This document shows positions 26,846 through 38,949 of a stretch of DNA of 64,000 nucleotides, one piece after another. Below the pieces are notes generated by a model. It was not told the DNA's origin, did no database searches, and worked only from the letters and a program-made list of their open reading frames with translations. The DNA is from Octopus vulgaris. Lineage: Eukaryota. Numbering within the stretch: the first letter of the stretch is position 1; every line of letters begins with the position of its first letter. The stretch covers positions 69,006,001 to 69,070,000 of the forward strand of contig OX597814.1 of the NCBI GenBank assembly GCA_951406725.2, given 5' to 3'. A program made the position numbers and the translations under genes.

Positions 26846-27478
26846 ATGTATATGTGTATGTGTATGTATTTGTATGTGTATGCATGCGCGTATATGTATG
26901 TATATGTATACGTGTGGGTGTGTGTATGTGTGTATATATGTATGTATGTATGGGTGTATGTATGTATGTATGTATGCGGATATGTGTATATATATATATA
27001 TATGTGTATATATATATATGTATATATATATGTGTGTGTATGTGTATATGTGTATATATATATGTGTGTGTATATATATGTATGTATGTATTTGTATGTA
27101 GGTGTATATGTATGTGTGTATATATATTTGGTGTATATGTATAGACTAGTCTTCTAAGATTGTAGACATGAATCTGTAGGTACGCGTACGTATGTGTATA
27201 TACGTGTATGTATGTAGATGTATGTATGTATGAATATAACGCGTGCGTGCGTGTATGTGTATGAGTGTGTGTGCGTGCTAATGAGTGTGCGTGCGTGAGT
27301 GAGTGCTTGTGCTCAAGTAGAAAGATAAAAGGGACTAGCTGTCGTAGCCAAGATGCTTGTGACCAGCGGCCAAAGATAACAAAAGTAATAAATGAAGATA
27401 ATAAAATTAAAATTAGGGAATGAGTTTGTATTTGTATGTATATGTGTGTATGTGTAGGTATGAATAGGTACACATATG

Positions 27479-27536
<58 letters not shown>

Positions 27537-27790
27537 TGTGTATATGTATATATGAGTATATAGGGACTTGTGTGTTGTGTGTGCATGTGTGTATGTGGAT
27601 ATGTGTGTGTATGTATATATTTTTTTGTGTGTATGTGTATGTGTGGTCGTGTGTGTGTATATATACATGTGTGTGTGTATATGTGTATGTATATGTATGT
27701 ATATATATATATATGGGTGTGTGTGTATGTATGTGTGTATGTATATATGTGTGCGTGTGTGTGTGTGTGTATATGTATACATATGTGTAT
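25445..27790. repeat. Long compound (TA)/(TG)/(TATG) low-complexity tract
   Basis: Direct inspection; includes a ~70-bp duplication at 26465-26590. Confidence 0.9.
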
Positions 27791-28031
27791 AGGTATAAGT
27801 GAGAATTTCCTTATTTACCTAAAACTCTATTCTTCTATATATTTTTTAATTTTTTATTTTTTATTCTTTTTTTTATTCTTTTATTTATTCTTCTATCTAA
27901 TTTACCACTGACTCCTTGACCACTCCCCCAAGTATGATTTTTTTGCGCTATGCCTGCCCCCAAAAAGTCCCCCACTACCACCCCTATAAACCTGCCTAAA
28001 TGTATAAATGCCAATACAATTCTTGTTAACT

Positions 28032-28082
28032 AGCTTCCTGAAGATTTCTCTTGAATGAAACAGTTCTAGTCCTGTAGAAGCT
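28032..28082 (+). ncRNA. Compact type I hammerhead ribozyme, intact core
   Basis: AGCTTC-CTGAAGA-TTTC.TCTT.GAAT-GAAA-CAG.TTCTAGTC.CTG-TA-GAAGCT; predicted cleavage after GTA (28076). Confidence 0.85.
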
Positions 28083-28095
28083 CCTTCTATATAAT

Positions 28096-28170
<75 letters not shown>

Positions 28171-28211
28171 ATACAAAGTATGGGAGTATGAGGGTTTAGC
28201 TCGCATATATA

Positions 28212-28250
<39 letters not shown>

Positions 28251-28370
28251 ATTTATATATATATATATTTATATATGTTTATATATATATGTGTGTGTGT
28301 GTGTATGTGTATATATGTGTATATTCATGTGTATATATGTGTATATTCATAGCATTTTCCCGATGGCCGA

Positions 28371-28429
28371 ATAACTGAAGAGATGGCGGCGTGGATTTCC
28401 ACCTCGGCATCCGAAACTCGGAGTTTTAT
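28371..28429 (+). ncRNA. Type I hammerhead ribozyme in a ~130-bp island between (TA)n tracts
   Basis: ATAA-CTGAAGA-GATG..GTGGA.TT.TCCAC..CATCC-GAAAC-TCGGA-GTT-TTAT. Confidence 0.75.
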
Positions 28430-28467
28430 CATGGCTACCGAATAATTGTCATATATTACATTTACAG

Positions 28468-28559
<92 letters not shown>

Positions 28560-28601
28560 TATATATATATTATATATATATTATATATATATATGTATAT
28601 A

Positions 28602-28656
<55 letters not shown>

Positions 28657-28823
28657 GGGTTAAGCAACAAGTTGCTTCATCACATACCGAAAATTTAGAA
28701 ATAGCAGCCAAAAGACAGCTCATTTCTTTTTACTACAGATATGATTCCACAGATAACAATATTTGTAACTCACATAGGCAAAAAGAAGAAAAAATAACGA
28801 AATCAAACAGTCTTCGATTAATT

Positions 28824-28875
28824 TTGGATGTGTTTCTGGATTAGAATTATACAAATTCATTTCCGTCCTCAACAT
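28824..28875 (-). ncRNA. Degenerate hammerhead ribozyme
   Basis: TG-TTGAGGA-CGGA...TCCA-GAAAC-AC-ATC-CA; resembles the 32458 motif. Confidence 0.35.
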
Positions 28876-29155
28876 AATATTTCGAAAATTTATTAATTTG
28901 AAAATGCTAGGAACCTACCCTTTGCATCCCGATCAAGCGCGATCGGCGCTTGATTGCAGATGAGGTAAACGGAAGTGAAGACAGCAGGGGGCGGCTTTCT
29001 TACACCACCATAACTTAGCGGTTCGGCAAAATGAACCGATAGAATACAAGACTTTAAAAAATTAAGAGTTCGATTTGATTTGTTCGAACCATCATGGTGG
29101 TGCTTTAGCATGACCGAAGCTCAGAGACTTAAACAAGTATAAAAGGTAAGAGATG

Positions 29156-29201
<46 letters not shown>

Positions 29202-30038
29202 GTGAGAGAGAGAGAGAAAGAAGGAGAGAGGGAGGGAGAGAGAGAGAGAAAGAAAGAGAACTGTATAAATATTGGCTTGTATAATTAGCTGTCTGTATGC
29301 ATAAGAGTTAAATTAAGTGTATTGGTTTACACCCACATACATGCATTGAGTATGTTTGTTTATATATAAGTATACGCTTATGCTGTCGTTATCTTTATCG
29401 TCATCATAATCATCATCAACAGTTCCAGTGTATGCTTTGGCATGGTTTGTGGATACCCTTCCTAACGCCGACCATTTTACAGAGTGTTGTCAGTGCATTT
29501 TACGAAGTATCGGCACAAGTCTAGTAACTTGCAAGACAAGACTCCTCGAGAGGCTAAAGTATGGTAGAAAGACAGGAACAGATGTCATGCTGTACGGAAG
29601 ATAGTGATAAAGATAATCTCAAGTTACAGGAACTTTTAGTGACAGAAGCAGTATTAATATCAAAAGCAATCACAAGACCTGGCTGTTCCGATGCCTGTAG
29701 CAGACGATTCTTGTATGTCAATGATATAGATATGTATGCTTTTACGCACCATGCATCCGAATTAGAGGTCCTCTCAAGGTGAATACCACAGTATTTGGCT
29801 TTCTAACAAGACATCCATGTTAAGTTGGATATAAAGATTGTCTTTGGTATATTAATAGTTTTTTGATAAGCTTCCACAGATTATTTGTTTATACTGATCA
29901 AATGTTTGTGCAGTACTCAAACCGACATTGCCTGTACAAGTGCAAGAAGTAACCACAGGCGTACGAAGGGACAGGCGCTCGAAGTGAAATGAAATGTTTC
30001 ACTTAGGAACACACTCACACACACATACATATTTAAAA

Positions 30039-30219
<181 letters not shown>

Positions 30220-30223
30220 TCTT

Positions 30224-30555
30224 ATGGCTCAGTGGTTAGAGCGTCGAGCTTACGATCGTGAGGTTGTGAGCTCGAATCCCGGACCGGGCTGCGTGTTGTG
30301 TTCTTGAGCAAGACACTTTATTTCACGTTGCTCCAGTTCACTCAGCTGTAGAAATGAGTTGCGACGTCACAGGTGCCAAGCTGTATCGACCTTTGTCTTT
30401 CCCTTGGATAACACTGGTGGCGTGGAGAGGGGAGGCCGGTATGCATGGGCGACTACTGGTCTTCCATAAAAAACAACCTTGCCCAGACTTGTGCCTCAGA
30501 GGGTAACTCTCTAGGTGCAAACCCATGGTCACTCATGACCGAAGGGGGTCTTTAC
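30224..30555 (+). mobile_element. tRNA-Arg-like-headed SINE
   Basis: A box TGGCTCAGTGG, anticodon-like loop TTACGAT, B box GCTCGAATCC, SINE body; related relic at 31450-31795 (-). Confidence 0.8.
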
Positions 30556-30559
30556 TTTA

Positions 30560-30963
30560 CTCTTTACTCTTTTACTTGTTTCAGTCATTTGACTGCGGCC
30601 ATGCTGGAGCACCGCCTTTAATCGAGCAACTCGACCCCGGAACTTATTCTTTTTGTAAGCCCAGTACTTATTCTATCGGTCTCTTTTGCCGAACCGCTAA
30701 GTAACGGGGACATAAACACACCAGCATTGGTTGTCAAGCAATGCTAGGGGGACAAACACAGAAACACAAACAAACACACATGCATATATATATACATATA
30801 TACGACAGGCTTCTTTCAGTTTCTGTCTACCAAATCCACTCACAAGGCATTGGTCGGCCCGGGGCTATAGCAGAAGACACTTGCCCAAGATGCCACGCAG
30901 TGGGACTGAACCCGGAACCATGTGGTTGGTTAGCAAGCTACTTACCACACAGCCACTCCTGCG

Positions 30964-30999
<36 letters not shown>

Positions 31000-31039
31000 C
31001 GCCTATATACGCCTATATATATATATATATATATATACG

Positions 31040-31093
<54 letters not shown>

Positions 31094-31445
31094 CGTAGGA
31101 GTGGCTGTGTGGTAAGTAGCTCGCTTACGAACCACATGGTTCCGGGTTCAGTCCCACTGCGTGGCATTTTGGGCAAGTGTCTTCTGCCTTGTAGACGGAA
31201 ACTGTAAGAAACCCGTTGTATATATGTATACATACACACATGTTTGTGTGTATGTGTTTGTCCCCCCAACATCGTTTGACAACTGATGCTGGTGTGTTAA
31301 TGTCCCCGTAACTTAGCGGTTCGGCAAAAGAGACCGATAGAATAAGTACTAGGCTTACAAAGAATAAGTCCTGGGGTCGATTTGCTCGACTAAAGGCGGT
31401 GCTCCAGCATGGCTACAGTCAAATGACTGAAACAAGTAAAAGAGT
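30560..31445. mobile_element. Head-to-head pair of main-family SINEs (30560-30966 -, 31091-31445 +)
   Basis: Two near-complete copies in inverted orientation separated by (TA)n with repeated CGCCTATA fragments. Confidence 0.9.
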
Positions 31446-32191
31446 ATATGCATATTTATACATGAAGATCCATATATGTGTTTGTGTGTGCATCATAGTA
31501 TCAACCAGACTATCGGATGTTGTTATACACCGCTGATCACAGTGCGCTCCCTCGTATTGTTGTAGCTTACGAACAATGCCAACCCGCTGGCTAAGCGGAC
31601 AGGCCAATACCCAGCTAACACGCCCTGAACGGATCGCCAGTCCGTTGCACGATTATCCATTTACAGAGGATTGGGCTGGAGCAACGTAAAACGAAGTGTT
31701 CTGCTCAAGAACACAATGCACCGCTGGTCTAAGTATCGAAACAACGATCTTGCGATCGGGAATGCAACACCTAACCACAAGGCCACGCACCTTCACATAT
31801 GTATGTATGTATGAGTACATCCATGTGTATATACACACGTATGTAGATAAATATATACATACATATATACATACATTTATCAAATTCTCACTTTTCTCTT
31901 CCACATACTTCTCTACTTTGTAGCCGCAATGTCTTACACTACACTAAAGATGTATAACTTGTATTATTTATGATATTGTCGCATACAATAAACAACTCAC
32001 CTTCTTTTTTTAACTCTTTCTTTTGTTTAGATTGTATTTTTTTCTATTTTGTGTCTTTTCTCTTCCTCTTGCTTTCCTTTCTTTGCTTGATTCTTTTTTC
32101 TGTTCGCATACTCGCTTGCTTAACGGTCATATATATATATATATATATATATGATATTGTCGCATACAATATATATATATATATACATACA

Positions 32192-32231
<40 letters not shown>

Positions 32232-32244
32232 TATATGATTAATA

Positions 32245-32680
32245 TGATTAATTTTAATCCTTCAGCTATTTAATGCCTTTTTAAGGGCCTACATTATTCT
32301 GTTGTTATCATTAGATAATTACAGAGTCAATGTTATCTTCGCAAATTATTTTTTCATGAATTATTTTTCTTGGAAATTATTTGCTCTATACTGAAATTAT
32401 TTTTACACTGGTGACTGCTATGATTTCGGTGCAAAATGAATCAGTTGTCATGGTAACGCGCGCTGAGGAAGGCTAAGCTATTATGTCAGTCCAGAAACCG
32501 GTCCACGTGAGTCCAAAAATTGAATATATGCTGAAAGATTGTTTTAGTCCGTTTGCCTTCGGACGGTTGATTTCTGTAGTTATTATCAGTGTATTTTGGC
32601 GATTTAAATAAGGGTTTTGACTGTTATTTTCATCAGGTAGACATACTTAGTATGTCCTTTGATTAATTTTAATCCTTCAG

Positions 32681-32682
<2 letters not shown>
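32245..32682 (+). mobile_element. Terminally redundant non-coding HHR module (retrozyme/solo-pLTR-like)
   Basis: 23-bp direct repeat TGATTAATTTTAATCCTTCAGCT at 32245-32267 and 32660-32682; HHR 32458-32508 CTGAGGA...CCA-GAAAC-CG-GTC-CACG. Confidence 0.7.
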
Positions 32683-32738
<56 letters not shown>

Positions 32739-33134
32739 ACAAGTTGGGGTTTTTTTTGTGTTAAGCCTTTTGCCTTTCATGGTTTAAGAATCTAACAGAA
32801 TGAAGTACTAGCCAAGTTTTTATATAATCCGTTATGTCTTCACCAAAGTGTGACACTTTGTGTTAGCGTACCGGCATGAGAGGTTTAAAATTGAGATGTA
32901 ATTTTTTTTCTTTTTTATTTTTTTTCTGCATGCGCTACTGAAACTCAAGGTGAAAACGGTGAAAATTTATTTTTCTATTTTACTATCATCATTATAATTG
33001 ACTCCAATTCATGGATTGGATATTTCTTATATTTATATACAGTTCAGTGATATACATGTTACATATGTACGTGCGTGAATACACACAAGCACACATATAC
33101 ATTCATACATACATATATGTATATAGTAAATAAT

Positions 33135-36100
33135 ATAATTTAAAGAAGAAACAAAAATTAGATAATTATCTTGTATTTATAACATACATCAATACAACAG
33201 ATTCATTAAGACATTCAGAACATACAAAATGCATTATTTAAGAATGTAATAGAAGTAAGAAATATATGAAATAAGAATATACATGAAAGTATAAGCAAGA
33301 AGAAATTTGATATGTGGAGTGATATAACGAATTTTAAAAAAAAACCTTATTTAAAAATTAAAAGTTAAAAATCTAGTATTAAAAATCTAAAATTAAAAGT
33401 TAGAAATTACATTGACGACAGTAAGAAACCTTAATGAGGAATTTTAAAGTCAGAGAAATATATTTGTCTTAAGAGTTCTAAAAAAGTATATAGCGGGTTA
33501 TAATAACAGATAAGAGGTATTTCTACGGCCGTTTCCAGAGTCCATTTGTCCTTGTAAGGAGTGAATTGTATAATTCACCTATAGACAATGTCCCCTTCAT
33601 CAGGAACATGAGAGCAAGGTTCTAAAGAAAATATAGAGTAAGGAAATTTCATTTAAGGTTACATTATGCTTGTCACTGGTTATGAGGTTAGATATTGACT
33701 ATTTTTATATCGACTTGGTTAGGCATGATGGGAAAGCAGAAATTTAAGGAAATTATAAATATGTTATTATATATTATGAAGTATTCTAGGTAATAATAAA
33801 TGATAAAGAGAAATTAGAATACATGCATACATTACAATCTTATATCAGTACACAAAAATTCCCCATTGTGATCTAAAGGATCATAAACCTGATTTTCAAT
33901 CAAAATCATCCATCAAACTCATATGTCCAACAGAATCGGACTGGGGAAAAATTAGTAAATGTATAATAGATAGAATTATACCTCATGTCAAAAGCAAAGT
34001 TGATCCCCTATGGAATTCAACTGGAAATGTAATCCCATTGTGGATAAAGAACACAGTCATTTCATGCAATTTGATATCTAACTATTATGCATCCATTTCA
34101 TCTATCCTGTTAAATAATATTCGCCCGCAACTTCGTTAATATCTCTAGATCAGGTATAGATACAATACTAGTCGCAAGAAAGACCTTGATTAATTTTAAT
34201 GGACGTAATTGGATTAGACCTGATTCAATGGTATAAATATGGGATCATCAGATTCAGCTCAGGTGGTTTGTCTCTGTTGTCTCAAATTTAAAATAGTTTC
34301 CCTAATACATCTAACGGTCTCTATAGGAATACGGATTATCTAAACCGGGGATAGAAAGGATTAAAAAATCCTTAAGAAGATTCCTCTTAGAGATACGAAT
34401 ACTAAAGTCGTAAACTTCCAAGACGATACATTAAATCTTAATACCGTAAGCCCAATCGAATAATACAATATGTTAATGTTTCCTCAAATCATTCTAAATC
34501 TACCATTAACAGTTTAGTCACGGCTATATAGATAAGGATTTCCAATCATTCGGCTAATGAGGAAATATTCAATGCGCACGCACCTATCTATAATCTAGCC
34601 TGAAAATTAAGTGGTTTTAGCAACCAAAATTATTATATACCCGAAACTAAACTTAAAACAAAACTAACAACTCAAATTCTAACTTTGAATCAACTGGAAA
34701 ATATAAGTAAAATTAAGCCTTTAGGTAATTATATTAAATCTAATAAAATAGGACCTAACAATAAACGCAAATCCTTAACTCAAGAACAACTTAATACGTC
34801 TAAACAATCTAAACCTAGAAAGCGTGAAGTAATTTAGTTTGCCCCACTCTTCTCCCTTGATGTTAAAAACCTGCCTAAGCTGTTCTTCAAAATCCTAAGA
34901 TATAATTTTCCAAAACATCACAAATATTATCCAATAAGTAACAAACCTTCTATAAAATTGTTTTACTGCACAATGGCAAATTTGGGATCAATTAATGCAT
35001 CCATAAATAATAGTAAAATCCAATGTCAAACAATTAAAACTTCAAACACTGATAAGAAGCCCAATATAAATGTGAATAACAATAATATAAATATACTCGG
35101 AACACCAAACACATATAATTCAATATCAAATAATAATGTTTCTCATATATTGATAGCTTTGAATCAAGTAAATCCATTCCCATAAAATAAGGATAATAGC
35201 AACCATAAAACAGGAAATATATGTAATTGTAGAGATATCGAGTCATGTCCGCTTGCAGGATTTTGCCTCCGCAAAAATGTGGTATATAAATGCACCGTAA
35301 TATCAGATAAATACTATGCTAGAACTTATACAAATAGTACTATATACTTCAGAAAAAGATCTAGAACTCATTTAAATTCTTTTACCAATATGAAATGTAA
35401 AAATTCAATAATTCTCGCCTCCTATATGCATAATCTAAGAGAGAGTAATATTAATTTCAAAATATCGTGATCTATAATAGTGAATGCATTCCCCTATAAC
35501 GCTAATATATATAAATGTAATTTGCTCATTAAGGAATCTTACATTATTCTTAGATCGTATAATTCGGATATATTAAATAAATTTTCTGATACGATTCATT
35601 CATGTACTCACAAATTCCATTCAACCTTCATGAAGGCCGGAGTGATAAATAGCGATTTTTGCATCCCAATTTCTCTTCTATCATTCCTTATTACCAAGAA
35701 TACTTCATAATATATAATAACATATTTATAATTTCTTTAAATTGCTGCTTCCTCATCATGCCTAACCAAGTCGATATAAAAATAGTCAATATCTAACCCC
35801 ATAACCAGTGACAAGCATAATGTAACCTTAAATGAAATTTCCTTACTCTATACATTCTTTTGAAAAATGCTCTTATTTTCCTGAAGAAGGGAACATTTGT
35901 CTATAGGTGAATTATACAATTCACTCCTTACAAGGACAAATGAACTCTGGAAACGGCCGTAGAAATACCTCTTATCTGTTATTATAACCCGCTATATACT
36001 TTTTTAGAACTCTTAAGGCAAATATATTTCTCTGACTTTAAAATTCCTCATTAAGGTTTCTTACTGTCGTCAATGTAATTTCTAACTTTTTAATTTTAAT

Positions 36101-36328
36101 TTTTAATTCTAAATTTTTAACTTTTATTTTTTTAATAAGGTTTTCTTATACTCGCTATATCACTCCACATATCAAATTTCTTCTTGATTATACTTTCATA
36201 TATATTCTTATTTCTATTATATCATTAAATAATACTTTTAATATGTTCTGAATGTCTTAATGTATTTGTTGTATTGATGTATGTCATAAATACAAGGTAA
36301 TTATCTAATTTTTGTTTCTTCTTTATAT
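33135..36328 (+). mobile_element. Naiad-like Penelope element with long inverted pLTRs
   Basis: ~640-bp inverted arms 33135-33787 / 35697-36328; interior RT (MGSSDSAQV) and GIY-YIG (CNCR..CPLAGFCL..NVVYKC) remnants. Confidence 0.88.
35876..35966 (+). ncRNA. Type I hammerhead ribozyme in pLTR (mirror copy 33519-33608 on -)
   Basis: TTTC-CTGAAGA-AGGG..CATTTGTC...GACAAATG..CTCTG-GAAAC-GGCC-GTA-GAAA; mirror copy has CTGATGA. Confidence 0.85.
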
Positions 36329-36344
36329 TATATTATATTATATT

Positions 36345-36938
36345 ATATTGTATACTATCAAGCATCTTGGGTTCAGCATGAGCACTTCGAAGCAGTTCTA
36401 TGATTTTTCGAAAGAAGAATCAATATAATTATATATTCAACAATTCTTAAGCCTTCAACAATTCCTAAGCCTTGTGACACCGCATGTGTACCTTCAATCC
36501 AGCAGATGTCTTGCACACTTTCTCGCAAATGGTACACTTGCATTTATTCGTTGGTTCAAAATGTCTTCTCGAGTGGACAGCTAACCCAGCTTTGCTTCGT
36601 GCTTTGAACCCACAGTGACACACACAATCATTGTTTGGTGGATTTTGCTGATGCGTTGCTTTCAAATTTGCTCGAAGGGCGTCCCTATGACGAAGGCGGT
36701 TACTTTCAAATTCTCTAGTCTTTAGAAAACATTTTCCTCCATTTGCTGCGATCCCCTGCTGCACTCTTCCAGGAGCTCAGAGCAATGTTACAACGCTTCA
36801 GATTGTCTTTTAGTTTGTCCTTGTAACGAAGAAGAGGACGCCCTGTTGGACGGGAAAAATTTGTCAATTGCCCATAAAAAAGCTGCTTTGGAACTCTTGA
36901 GTCATCCATTCTTACGAGATGACCAGACCACCGCATTT
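36345..36938 (-). mobile_element. 3' fragment of a second RTE LINE with two C-terminal C2H2 fingers
   Basis: [30 protein letters not shown]; CHCG..HSRRH, CTICE..HMRCH. Confidence 0.85.
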
Positions 36939-36958
36939 ATATATATATGTATATATGA

Positions 36959-37005
<47 letters not shown>

Positions 37006-37057
37006 GACATATACATATACATATACATATACATACACATACATTCATATGTATATG

Positions 37058-37094
<37 letters not shown>

Positions 37095-37117
37095 ATATAT
37101 ATATGTGTGTGTATATA

Positions 37118-37158
<41 letters not shown>

Positions 37159-37275
37159 TCATATATGTATGTATATATATATATATATGTATGTATATAT
37201 ATATATATATATATATACGTTCATATATGTATGTATATATATACGCATACATTCATACATATATGCATGTATGTA

Positions 37276-37353
<78 letters not shown>

Positions 37354-37934
37354 TATATATATATAAATGGTTATCGCCATATTAATATGGCAGTCTTATA
37401 GATATAAGACTAAAAGCTGTCGCTGATTAGCTCCATGAGGCCATCGCCTTAAAATAGCTATTTGACACACAAACTGTGTCCATTATAACCTTCGAACAAG
37501 GGAGGTCAGCCGCTTCACACTGCTAATCAGACGCCTTTCAAGGTATTTGCCCTTTGTCAATGTAGCGTAGTCGACCCAGTAGGTGTCGCCACTGATCGTC
37601 TCTGTTCGAAGGTTTTATTTACCTAGTTTCGGTGGAATACATCCACTTGTTTTCAATAATAGAAATATTAAAATTACTAAGTCTCTCTAAAAGAGATTAC
37701 TGCTGGGTCGACTACGTTACATTGACAAAGTAAGTTATATATATATATATAACTTCCAAGTAAGTTATATATATATATGAAATAGTGTACCTTTAAACAC
37801 AAGAGAAACTACCTCTAACAGGTAATTTTACACGCTAGAATGAGCAGTGAAAACGACCAAAACCACATTTAAGAGCAATTTCGAAGGGAAGGAAAAATAA
37901 AAACTTTTACCTTGTTATTTTTAATGAATATATA

Positions 37935-38352
37935 TTCTTTTATTCTTCTACTTGTTTCAGTCATTTGACTGCGGCCATGCTCGAGCAGTGCTTTAAGTCG
38001 AAGAAATCGACCCCAGGACTTATTCTTTGTAAGCCTAGTATTTATTCTATCGGTTTCTTTTGCCGAACCGCTACATTACGGGGACGTAAACACACCAGCA
38101 TCGGTTGTCAAGAGATGTTGGGAGGACAAACACACACACATAAACACACACACACACATATGTATATATATATAAAATATATATATACGACGGGGTTCTT
38201 TCAGTTTCCGTCTACAAAATCCATTCACTAAGCTTTGGTCATCCCGAGGCTATAGTAGAAGACACTTGCCCAAGGTGCCACACAATGGGATTGAACCCGG
38301 AACCATGCGGCTGGGAAGTAAGCTACTTACCACACAGCAACTCCTGCGCCTG
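37935..38352 (-). mobile_element. tRNA-derived SINE (main family)
   Basis: Full-length match to family consensus. Confidence 0.88.
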
Positions 38353-38354
38353 TA

Positions 38355-38425
<71 letters not shown>

Positions 38426-38529
38426 ATGTATATACAAATGTATATATATAATGTATATATAATATATATATATATATAATGTATATATATAATATATATA
38501 TATATACAAATGCATATATATACAAATGT

Positions 38530-38882
38530 ACATATCCTTAAATTCTTAAAAATACTATTCAAGTATATCCCCCATTTTACTTAATAAATCGCTTATTTTT
38601 GCTAAGAACCGCTCTCTCATATCTAGGGAGGAAATTTACATCATCCTATTAGCTAGAAAAACTATCATCGAATTTGAAGGTAAATTATGGACTAGGGCGG
38701 ATACCCCTAATAATTTTGATATACCTATGGGCTCTAGTGACTCGGCGAAGATAACGAATCTGGTGGGAGCATACTTATTAAAATGCATAAACAGAGATAT
38801 CCCAGAATTACAAGGTGGTCTATATAGGGATGAGGCTTTGTTTGTTGTACCTAGCAATAATAAATCAAGTATTGAGAATATG
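38530..38882 (+). mobile_element. Naiad-like PLE RT core fragment
   Basis: NFDIPMGSSDSAKITNLVGAYLL...GGLYRDEALFV. Confidence 0.8.
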
Positions 38883-38949
38883 TAGGAATAAAAATAGTGA
38901 ACAGATCATAAATAAATATGAAAATGCTAACCTAGCTTAAACTGTACTC

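Noticed and set aside
30224-30296. tRNA-Arg gene
   Set aside because: Stems do not pair as a cloverleaf and it continues into a SINE body.
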